From an uncultured Gemmatimonadaceae bacterium (GTDB lineage: Bacteria; Gemmatimonadota; Gemmatimonadetes; Gemmatimonadales; Gemmatimonadaceae), in NCBI GenBank assembly GCA_963829055.1, contig CAWHHI010000016.1, positions 608,001 to 672,000 of the forward strand: 64,000 bases of DNA, written 5' to 3'. The notes beneath the pieces were generated by a model. The model made no database searches. It saw nothing but the letters and a program-made list of their open reading frames with translations, and had not been told where the DNA came from. This document shows positions 56,088 to 64,000 of this stretch, one piece after another (within the stretch, counting starts at the first letter, position 1; each line of letters starts with the position of its first letter). A program made the translations under genes and the position numbers.

Positions 56088-57028
56088 GCGTCTCTCCTCC
56101 CATCCCACCAGTCGTTCACGAGACTATCCGCCGCCGGGTCATCCGGATCGAGGCGTGTCGTTGCGGTGGAGTCGAGCTGGTGTCGGAACCACGTGCGCTG
56201 CCGCTTGGCGTACTGCCGCGTTTCAATGATCACGCGCTCCCGGGCGTCCCGCGCCGACACACGTCCCGACACGACCTCTCGCATCACCTGATAACCACTC
56301 GCCTTCCACGCAGGCGCCGATTCGTCCACCTCGCGCGCAAGCACGGCGACCTCCTCCACCCACCCCGCGGCCGTCATCGCGTCGTACCGTTGCTCGATCC
56401 GCGCCGCCAGGCGCACGCCGGGATCGACCACAAGATAGCGCGCAGCGATCAGCGGCGGGCGCGCGTGGGACCGATGGAGGTCGCTCAACCGTTCGCCCGT
56501 GAGCAACGCCGTCTCTACGGATCGAATGAGTTGCGTCCGTCCCAGATGTGCCCGTTCCGGGTCGAGGTTGGTGCACCACCGGCGCAGATCCTCGGTGCTG
56601 GTCGTCGTCCACGCTCGTTCGAGCGCCGCGCGCCGTACAGGATCCAGCACAGGCGCTTCGAAAAACGGCTCGCTTAGTGCCCGAAGGTAGAAGCCTGTCC
56701 CGCCAACGATGAGCGGCGTCACGCCCTCCGCATGCGCCTCATCGATCCAGCGGCGAGCGCTCTCCGCCCACAATGCGGCCGAGTAGCGTTCCGAGGGGTC
56801 AATGACGTCGATGCCACGATGCGGAACGCGCGCGCGATCATCGGAACCGGGCTTGGCGGTGCCAATGTCGAAGCGGCGATAGATCTGTCGGGAGTCGGCA
56901 CTGATGATGATCGCGCCGCGGGACTCCGCGAGCGTCATGGCGATCGACGACTTCCCCGCCCCCGTCGGACCGCAGATGACGCGGACGCTACGAGCGCTAC
57001 TTTCGTCCGAACCGGCGCTCGAGCTCAT
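56084..57028 (-). CDS. miaA: tRNA dimethylallyltransferase
   Basis: Motifs GPTGAGKS, SADSRQIY, DIGTAKP, VGGTGFY and TRQYAKRQRTWFR. Confidence 0.97.
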   Translation of the reverse strand: MSSSAGSDESSARSVRVICGPTGAGKSSIAMTLAESRGAIIISADSRQIYRRFDIGTAKPGSDDRARVPHRGIDVIDPSERYSAALWAESARRWIDEAHAEGVTPLIVGGTGFYLRALSEPFFEAPVLDPVRRAALERAWTTTSTEDLRRWCTNLDPERAHLGRTQLIRSVETALLTGERLSDLHRSHARPPLIAARYLVVDPGVRLAARIEQRYDAMTAAGWVEEVAVLAREVDESAPAWKASGYQVMREVVSGRVSARDARERVIIETRQYAKRQRTWFRHQLDSTATTRLDPDDPAADSLVNDWWDGRRDA

Positions 57029-58775
57029 CCCAGGTGATCTGGACGATCGTCGATCGGCCGTGGACGTCGTGCGCGGGGAGCGTGGTTGCCGCCAGGCCAA
57101 CGTACAGCGCCTGCATCTCGGCGGGGGAGAGGGAGTCGCCGCCTTTGATCGCCGCCTTGCACGCGACAGTCGCAGCGAGACGTTCGTGCCGCGCGGCGGC
57201 GCTGGGGACGCGGTCGCCGGTGAGTGCGTCGAGCGTATCGCGCAGACATTGCAACGCGTCGAACCGCGGGTGAGGCATCGGCACCGCGGAGATGATGATC
57301 GAATGTCCGCCGAACGGCTCGATCTCGAATCCCAGCTTCACCAGTGTTTCACGATTCGCTTCGAACGCGTCCGCCTCGGCGGGGCCGAGATGGAGTGTCG
57401 CCGGAAACAGCAGTCGCTGTGACGGTGCCGCGCCTCGCTCGAGCACGTGCATGAACTGCTCGAACAGGATGCGTTCGTGCGCGGAGTGCTGGTCGATGAG
57501 CACCACGCCCTCCGCGCGCTCGAACATCAGGTAGGTTCGGCGGAGCTGCAGGAGCGGCGGCACGTCGGACACCGTCGAGTCGCGCACCGGGCCCGCCGCG
57601 GAAAACGCGGGCGCGTTCGACGCGTTAGGCGATGGAGAGAAGAGCCCCTCCGCCGGCGCCGGTCGCGACTCGAGCACCTCGACGTCGACGGGCGTCGTGA
57701 CCGTCCCCGCCCCCGGCGTGAACGTCCAGTTCCGCGATGCGCCGACGAAAGCGGCGCTGCTCGGCTCACCAAGTGCGCGACGCACGGCATGCTCGACCGC
57801 CCGCTCCACGGGCCAGCGGTCACGAAAGCGGACTTCCGCCTTGGCCGGATGAACGTTCACATCCACCGCATCCGCAGGCAGAACGATCTCGAGGAAGAGC
57901 GACGGCCGCACGCCTGGAACGATCGTCGAGCGATATGCGCTCTCGGCGGCGCGTACGATGCCCGCATCGCGCACGGGCCGGCCGTTCACCGCGAGTGATA
58001 TGCGTCGGCTGGCCGTACCGACGTCGGCGGGGCGCTCGACGAGGCCGCTCACGTGAATCGGCCCACTCACGTCGTCCGCTTCGATGAATCGCTCGGCGAA
58101 CGCACCGCCCCAGATGCCAGCGATCCGCACTCGCATGGATGACGCCGGCGGCAGGCTCAATGCGTTCTTCCCGTCATTCGTGACGGCGAGACGCAGGTCG
58201 CGTCTGCATAACGCGGTCGCGATGAGCGAGTCGATGGCCGCGCGCCACTCCGACCGTGCACTGCGCAGAAACTTGAGGCGCGCCGGCAGGTTGTAGAACA
58301 GCTGACCGACCGAGACAGTCGTGCCGGCGCGCCGAGTCGTCGGCGAAACGTCGGTGACGGTCCCACCCGCTACGCGAACGAGTGTCGCGTCCACGCCGTC
58401 CACGGCCGACGCGATCTCCAACCGCGAGACCGACGCGATCGCCGGGAGCGCCTCGCCGCGAAAACCGAAGCTGGAGACGCCGACCAGGTCCGCCGCACTG
58501 CGGATCTTCGACGTCGCGTGACGCTCGAGCGCGAGCAGCAACTGCTCGCGATCCATCCCGCAGCCGTCGTCGCTCACGCGGATGAGCGTGCGTCCGCCGT
58601 CTTCGAGGGCAACTTCGATTGTCGTCGCGCCGGCGTCGAGCGCATTCTCGACCAGCTCTTTCACCGCCGAGGCAGGCCGTTCCACCACTTCGCCGGCCGC
58701 GATCTGGTCAGCCACCGCCGGCGGCAGAACGGCGATGCGCGACGGCCGGCGGACGTCCGCGCCGGTCGCGGTCAT
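56997..58775 (-). CDS. mutL: DNA mismatch repair endonuclease MutL
   Basis: Motifs QIAAGEVVERPAS, RHATSK, GFRGEAL, DVNVHPAKAEV, DQHSAHERILFE, ACK and HGR. Confidence 0.97.
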   Translation of the reverse strand: MTATGADVRRPSRIAVLPPAVADQIAAGEVVERPASAVKELVENALDAGATTIEVALEDGGRTLIRVSDDGCGMDREQLLLALERHATSKIRSAADLVGVSSFGFRGEALPAIASVSRLEIASAVDGVDATLVRVAGGTVTDVSPTTRRAGTTVSVGQLFYNLPARLKFLRSARSEWRAAIDSLIATALCRRDLRLAVTNDGKNALSLPPASSMRVRIAGIWGGAFAERFIEADDVSGPIHVSGLVERPADVGTASRRISLAVNGRPVRDAGIVRAAESAYRSTIVPGVRPSLFLEIVLPADAVDVNVHPAKAEVRFRDRWPVERAVEHAVRRALGEPSSAAFVGASRNWTFTPGAGTVTTPVDVEVLESRPAPAEGLFSPSPNASNAPAFSAAGPVRDSTVSDVPPLLQLRRTYLMFERAEGVVLIDQHSAHERILFEQFMHVLERGAAPSQRLLFPATLHLGPAEADAFEANRETLVKLGFEIEPFGGHSIIISAVPMPHPRFDALQCLRDTLDALTGDRVPSAAARHERLAATVACKAAIKGGDSLSPAEMQALYVGLAATTLPAHDVHGRSTIVQITWDELERRFGRK

Positions 58776-61180
58776 CGACGGCCGTCGGCCCAGGGACGCG
58801 CGATCGGCTCGAGCTGATCCGTCTCGACCCACCCTTCCCTGTCGTCCCCCGCCCTAACGAGCGACCACACGCCCTCCTCGCGGACCGTGCGGGCGATCTC
58901 GCCGGTGAGCAGCACTGCACCCGGTTCTCCGCCAAGCGCCGGCAGTGAGCGCAGGCGCGCGGCGTCGGTGACCACGACGAGCCGGCGTGCGTCGTATGCC
59001 TCCCGTACCCTAACGCCGACGATACCGCTGCAGACGGCGATGATGCCAAGCCCGTAGGCGGCGTACCGCCACCGCGCGCGCCGGCGCCAGATCCCGATCG
59101 CGGCGAACAGCCAGCCAAGCAGCCACGCTGTTCCACCGACGATCGCGACCGTCGATTCGTCGACTGGCGGCACGCTGGCCAATCCGCTACCGCCGAATCC
59201 AGGCGTGAGGTCCAGCCGCGACCTGGCATCGGGCGCCGTTGGCTCCAGGCGCAGCGCGCGCTGCCAGCCGATTGCCGCGGCAGAGGTATCTCGCGCGGCC
59301 CAGGCGGCGGTTCCGAAGTTCGCCCACGCATCCGCCGACGTGGGCTCCGCACGCGCCGCTTCCGCGAAGAATCGCTCGGCGCGTGCGAACCGACGCGCCT
59401 CGTATTCACGCACGCCACGGTCGAACGATTCGCGGGCGGGCGGCTGCTGCGCCGTGCTCAGCGACATGCCTAACAAGGCGATCGAGGCCAATGAGCGCGG
59501 GCTTCCGCGTTGGGGCGCGCGCGGTCGCGCCTCGTGATCGACCTGTGCCAGAACGTGGACGGCGCGCTTGACGCCGTCGTCGAGCGAATGGCCGGCACCG
59601 GAGTACACCGCCGCGTCCAGCTCGCCGAGTAGCTCGTCGGCGGCGCGCGACACCTCGGCGGTGACGCCACTCCGCCGGAGCGCACGAACAAGCGCGCGTC
59701 GGTCCGCCAGCTGTGCCGCGGCCACGCCAATACGCTCGGCGAGTGCCGCGGCATAGGTCCGGCGGAGCATCGCGGCATCGGCATGGGACGACGTCAACGG
59801 GCCGCGGGCAAGCTTGCGCAGGCGTTCAGCTGCTGTCGGCACGCGACGAGACCGCGGACGACGCACGACGAGCGCGAGCGCCGCGGGCAGCGGCGCCACC
59901 AGCATCGCGATCCAGAAGCCGTCGCGTCTCGAGAGAGGCGTGCGACCCTGCGCCTTCATAACGCGACGCACCGGGAATACCGGCCGAGTGGAGTCTGCGG
60001 TAGCGTCCACCGCGATGAGCGTCCCGGGAGCAACGGACACGTGCTGCGGCGTGGTCACCGCGAGCTCGTAGCGCTCCGTGTACGGGTTGAAGAACGGATA
60101 GCGGATGGGCGGCACCTCGACGTCACCGCTTTTCACCGGCGTGATCACCCAGTCGAATTCCTTGGCGCCACGCACGACGACGGCGCTGGAATCGAGCTGC
60201 ACTCGCTCCTCCGCCGGGACCAGCTGCCCCCATGGCACACGCACCGCTGGCCGCGGGAAGAAACTCACGTTGCCGTCACCGACGACACGAACCGTGAACA
60301 CCAGAGGATCGCCGACCTTCGCCGGTCCGCTATCGACGTGCGCTTCGATGGCGAGGCGGCCGACCGCCCCGTTGTAATCCGATGGCTTGCCGGACTGCGG
60401 CGGATCGATCACCACGACCGGGACAGTTTCAGAGCGAAGCTGGTGGCTCTCCTCGCGGCTGAAGAAGCTCGCACTGAGCGGCAGCGAGTAATTCAGGCGA
60501 GCCGGAGGGATCTCGTATCGCCCAGCGGTGAGCGGAAAGAGCGCCCGCTGGAACACGTGGACCTCATAACGCCGACCGTCGATCACGCGCTTCGACACGA
60601 ACGAGCGTGGCGCCGCCAGGTCGTACGCCAGCATCGAGCGCAGCTCGGGCGGAATGAACTCCGGGTTGCGGCGCAAGCGATAGCGCACGTCGTCGTTCAG
60701 GAACACGCCAACCTGATACGTCGCCTGCTCGCCGACATACACCGTGTCGGGCGAGACCAGGGCGTGGAAGTTCACGCCGTCGCGAGGATCGAGCCGCGAT
60801 CGTGAGACGACCGCGGGCACCTGGACCGGCGGCGCGTTTACGATCGTTAGGCGGATCGACTCCGATCGGCCCGTCATTGGACCGACGCTCGCCACGATGG
60901 GCGGCAGCACTACTGTCCCCGCACGCTGTGCCACGACGAGATACTTGTGCTCGACGACCGCCAGCGATCGCGACATCGTCCCGCCGCCCCCAACCCGGGT
61001 CGACTCCTCGACACGGACGCCGCCGAGCGGGCCGAACTGCGGCGGGCGGATCATTGGCGCGACCGGGCCGCGCACGGCCGCGCGTACCGTCACCGTCGCT
61101 GGCTGCCGGACGGTGAGCGTCTCGGGAGCCGTAACGGTGACGACGATCTGCAGCGCGATGCCGGCGAGAGAAAGAATCAC
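58772..61180 (-). CDS. BatD-like protein fused to a BatE-like TPR + TM + SH3b region
   Basis: Repeated Ig-like BatD segments (YVGEQ, PPARL, YNGAVG, PPIRYPFFNP), a TM segment, a TPR (AWANFGTAAW...WQRALRLEP), further TM segments and an SH3b-like end (REGWV). Confidence 0.8.
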   Translation of the reverse strand: MILSLAGIALQIVVTVTAPETLTVRQPATVTVRAAVRGPVAPMIRPPQFGPLGGVRVEESTRVGGGGTMSRSLAVVEHKYLVVAQRAGTVVLPPIVASVGPMTGRSESIRLTIVNAPPVQVPAVVSRSRLDPRDGVNFHALVSPDTVYVGEQATYQVGVFLNDDVRYRLRRNPEFIPPELRSMLAYDLAAPRSFVSKRVIDGRRYEVHVFQRALFPLTAGRYEIPPARLNYSLPLSASFFSREESHQLRSETVPVVVIDPPQSGKPSDYNGAVGRLAIEAHVDSGPAKVGDPLVFTVRVVGDGNVSFFPRPAVRVPWGQLVPAEERVQLDSSAVVVRGAKEFDWVITPVKSGDVEVPPIRYPFFNPYTERYELAVTTPQHVSVAPGTLIAVDATADSTRPVFPVRRVMKAQGRTPLSRRDGFWIAMLVAPLPAALALVVRRPRSRRVPTAAERLRKLARGPLTSSHADAAMLRRTYAAALAERIGVAAAQLADRRALVRALRRSGVTAEVSRAADELLGELDAAVYSGAGHSLDDGVKRAVHVLAQVDHEARPRAPQRGSPRSLASIALLGMSLSTAQQPPARESFDRGVREYEARRFARAERFFAEAARAEPTSADAWANFGTAAWAARDTSAAAIGWQRALRLEPTAPDARSRLDLTPGFGGSGLASVPPVDESTVAIVGGTAWLLGWLFAAIGIWRRRARWRYAAYGLGIIAVCSGIVGVRVREAYDARRLVVVTDAARLRSLPALGGEPGAVLLTGEIARTVREEGVWSLVRAGDDREGWVETDQLEPIARPWADGRR

Positions 61181-62886
61181 CAGTCCTTTCCGCCCGGCGG
61201 TGGTTGCGGACGATTCTGCTGCTGCTTGCGCGCCTGCACGTTGCGCTCTTCGCGTTGCGCGCTATTCAGCAACTGTTCCGCCTGTTGATCGCCGAGACCT
61301 CCGCTTGGCCGGTCGGACTGCGGCTGACGCGGAGGGCTCGGCTGATTTTGATTGCCGCCACCACCACCGCCGCCTCCGCCACCACCGCCGCCGCCACTCT
61401 GCTGTTGTTTCTTGCGCAGCGCGAGCTCGTAATTCCATTTCGCATCTCCGTCGCTCGATCGCATGAGCAGCGCGCGCTTGTATGACTCGAGTGCCGCGTC
61501 CAGCGATGGCGTGGCGGAATCGCCTTTCGCGGCGAGGCCGCGTTTCAGATGCGCGAGCCCGAGGTTGAAGATCGCGCGAAAGCGGACCTCCGGGTCAGTT
61601 GCCTTGACGGCACGCTCCAGCACGTCGATCGCCGACGCGAGCGAGTCAGCGGCCAGCAATGACGTCCCCAGGTTGTAGAGCACTTCCGGCCGCTTGTCGC
61701 CACGCTCGAGCGCGCGACGGTACAGTGCCGCCGCCCGCATGTAGCGCTTGGCGGAATACTCCCGCGCGGCATCACGAACGTCGTCGGCGCGTGCAGCGCG
61801 AAGAGGCACAAGCATCGCTGTCGCCGCGGTGAGCAACACGGTCGCGGCAGTAGCGGCGGCTGCAGCCGAGCGTCGCCGACGTCCGCGTCGCTCCGCGAGC
61901 GCCGTGTCGAGGAGCAGAAGCAGCACGGCAGGAATCAGGAAAAGTTGAAAGCGCGGTGTCTGAGTACGCCCCGCCTCGACGGCACGTTGCACGCCTCGCA
62001 GTTGAACGAGCGCGCGGCGCACCTTCGCGGCCTTGTCGCTCTCGGCCGCATCGATGAACGTGCCACCGGAGCCTTCAGACGCGGCCCGAAGCATCTCCGG
62101 ATGGTACTTCGTGATCACGACGTTGCCTTCCGGGTCGCGCTTCTCGACGATCGCGTTGCCTTCGCGAACGGGGATGGGCGCGCCGGCGGGCGTCCCGAAA
62201 CCAACAGTGACGATGCTGACACCGGCTTCGGCCGCCTGCTTCGCCGCAGCGACGACATCCTCCGGCGGCTCGAATGCCTCGCCGTCGCTGAAAATGACGA
62301 TCGCATGATCGCTGCCGCTCTTGGTCGCGACGAGCAGGTCCGTTCCCTGCCGAATGGCGCGAGCGAGCGAGCTTCCAGCCTGCCCGACCACTGAAGGGTC
62401 GAGGTTGTCGAGAAAGAGATCGAGCGCCGCGTCGTCCACGGTGAGCGGCGTGAGGATATAGCTTCGCCCCGCGAACGCGAGCAGCGCGAACCGATCGCTG
62501 GGCGACGCGGCGCGCAGGCGACGGATCTCCTGCTTCACCTTCTCCAGTCGATTCGGCCGCTCGTCGGTCGCCATCATCGACAGCGATGCGTCGACCGCCA
62601 GCACGATATCGACGCCTTCGCCGCGAACGACGGTCCGCTCGACGCCCCAGCGTGGGCCGGCGATGGCGATTCCGGCGAACGCGGTCGCGAGCGCGAGACG
62701 CGTCGCGCGCCAGCCCGGCGGCACGGCGGCGTTAGGCGGCACGAGCCGCGCGATCATCGACGCGGAGCCCAGCCGGTCGAGCCGTGCGCGCCGCCGCCGG
62801 TACCCGACGATCACGAGCGCGATCACGAGGATCGGAAGCAGGACCGCGAGCGCGAGCAGCAGCGGATGATCGATGACGGGCTTCAC
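61177..62886 (-). CDS. VWA domain + TPR protein (BatB-BatC fusion)
   Basis: MIDAS motif DASLSM, PNRL, PLTVD and SDGE, then TPRs (YNLG, FNLG, AKWNYEL), a Gln/Gly linker and a terminal KDW. Confidence 0.88.
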   Translation of the reverse strand: MKPVIDHPLLLALAVLLPILVIALVIVGYRRRRARLDRLGSASMIARLVPPNAAVPPGWRATRLALATAFAGIAIAGPRWGVERTVVRGEGVDIVLAVDASLSMMATDERPNRLEKVKQEIRRLRAASPSDRFALLAFAGRSYILTPLTVDDAALDLFLDNLDPSVVGQAGSSLARAIRQGTDLLVATKSGSDHAIVIFSDGEAFEPPEDVVAAAKQAAEAGVSIVTVGFGTPAGAPIPVREGNAIVEKRDPEGNVVITKYHPEMLRAASEGSGGTFIDAAESDKAAKVRRALVQLRGVQRAVEAGRTQTPRFQLFLIPAVLLLLLDTALAERRGRRRRSAAAAATAATVLLTAATAMLVPLRAARADDVRDAAREYSAKRYMRAAALYRRALERGDKRPEVLYNLGTSLLAADSLASAIDVLERAVKATDPEVRFRAIFNLGLAHLKRGLAAKGDSATPSLDAALESYKRALLMRSSDGDAKWNYELALRKKQQQSGGGGGGGGGGGGGGNQNQPSPPRQPQSDRPSGGLGDQQAEQLLNSAQREERNVQARKQQQNRPQPPPGGKDW

Positions 62887-63884
62887 GCGGCGCGCTCCTT
62901 CGGCGGTTCCGCCGCGGCGAGCTTCGCTTCTTCGGCAGCCTTGAGCTCGGCCGCGTGTATGGCGCCGACAATCCCTCGCGCCTCGGCACCGAGCTCCCGC
63001 GCGCGCTCCGCCGTGGTTGCACGACGCGCGAACTTCACGAGATCGGCGTCCGCGAGTACGAGCGCGAGTCTATTCACAGGCACCGAACGATTGTCGCGAA
63101 CGGCGATGAGCAGCTCATTCGTCGTCAGCGCCGGGTGTGCGTCGGGAATGCGGCGCGCGAGGTACGTGCGCAGCACCTCCACCGTGAGCGCGACATATCG
63201 TCCGCGCTCACCGGCCTCCACCAACCCCAGTCGTTCGACGCGCTCGAACTCCGCTTCTGCGTCCGCGTACGGATCGTCCAACGCGCCCTGACGGCGCTTA
63301 CGACGGCGATGCCACCACCACCAGAACAGTCCAATGAGGCCGATGACAGCGAGCGCGGCGAGCAGCCAGTACCACCACGGCAGCCCGAACTCGAAGATTG
63401 CGCGCTGCGGCTTCGGAATGCGCTGTGCGGTATCAGCCGGGAGCACGCTGCGCACGTGGACGCGCAGCGCGCTGAGCGGGATGCGCCGCTCGCGACCGTC
63501 GAAACGAACGACGACGTCCTGGATCCGAAGCGGCTGGTCGCCAATGTCCCACGCCGCGAGACGCCACGTCCCGATGAGATCGAGCGCGGTCGAATCGGGA
63601 GTCTGGCGTTCCTGCTTCGGATCGAGCGCCTCGACGGTGGCACCCGAGTCGGGGCCGACCGGAAACTCGACCGACGCGCCGAGCGGCGCGTGAATGCGAA
63701 CCGTTAGGCGGAAGGGATCGCCGACCGTGACCGTGTCCGGATCGATGGAGAAGCCCATCTGCACCGGCAGCGCCGCTTGTGAAGCGGCGGACGCTGGACG
63801 CCGCGGCGCACCCTGCGACGGCGCACCCTGCGACGGCCCGCCTTGAGCAACCGCGAGCAGCAGTGGCCAGAGCGCCGCGATCAC
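62883..63884 (-). CDS. Bat-operon membrane protein (DUF4381/BatD-like)
   Basis: Signal peptide, PDTVTVGDPF, a TM segment, LRTYL, LTTNEL and ADLVKFA. Confidence 0.75.
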   Translation of the reverse strand: MIAALWPLLLAVAQGGPSQGAPSQGAPRRPASAASQAALPVQMGFSIDPDTVTVGDPFRLTVRIHAPLGASVEFPVGPDSGATVEALDPKQERQTPDSTALDLIGTWRLAAWDIGDQPLRIQDVVVRFDGRERRIPLSALRVHVRSVLPADTAQRIPKPQRAIFEFGLPWWYWLLAALAVIGLIGLFWWWWHRRRKRRQGALDDPYADAEAEFERVERLGLVEAGERGRYVALTVEVLRTYLARRIPDAHPALTTNELLIAVRDNRSVPVNRLALVLADADLVKFARRATTAERARELGAEARGIVGAIHAAELKAAEEAKLAAAEPPKERAA

Positions 63885-64000
63885 CGGCGCCGACTCCGCG
63901 TCTCTCGCGACCGGAAGAAACGCATGAGCGGTTCGACGTAGTTGCCGTCCGTGCGCATCACGATCTCATCGATCGCGAGCCGGCGCAGCAGTCTACGCCG
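63881..64000 (-). CDS. C-terminus of a DUF58 family protein (partial)
   Basis: Reads RRRLLRRLAIDEIVMRTDGNYVEPLMRFFRSRETRSRRR* and sits at the usual DUF58 position in MoxR/Bat operons. Confidence 0.75.
   Translation of the reverse strand, partial: RRRLLRRLAIDEIVMRTDGNYVEPLMRFFRSRETRSRRR

Noticed and set aside
63805..63837. 15-bp tandem repeat encoding SQGAP, plus Gly/Gln tracts in infB and the VWA-TPR gene
   Set aside because: These are ordinary low-complexity linker sequences.

Overview
A 64-kb, high-GC window of core bacterial chromosome, most likely from Gemmatimonadota (inferred from 16S signatures and gene content; no database search was run). Almost all genes are on the minus strand. 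It holds part of an rRNA operon (partial 23S, complete 16S, tandem promoters), four tRNAs including tRNA-Sec, and housekeeping clusters: rdgB-rph, murI, selD-ridA-fhs-tatD-secF-secD, rimP-nusA-infB-rbfA-truB-ribF, murA, gatCAB-pcrA-serS, groESL with CIRCE, coaX-birA-uppP-bshA-miaA-mutL, and a Bat/VWA operon. The most unusual signal is a non-palindromic 7-8 bp motif, (R)CCTAACG. A manual scan found at least 38 copies, 19 per strand, mostly inside genes, where they impose rare codons (TTA, CTA, AGG) in all four reading frames that avoid a stop. This points to selection on the DNA sequence itself, as seen for DNA-uptake sequences, protein-binding sites or methylation sites. Other highlights are a compact bacterial-microcompartment locus with no signature enzyme in the window, a UGA-recoded selenoprotein SelD next to tRNA-Sec, a deletion scar joining sortase and ECF sigma remnants, and a DGGGP-synthase-like prenyltransferase. 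Seven genes carry single-base frameshifts whose pattern suggests assembly artefacts. All calls come from reading the sequence and recalled family motifs.
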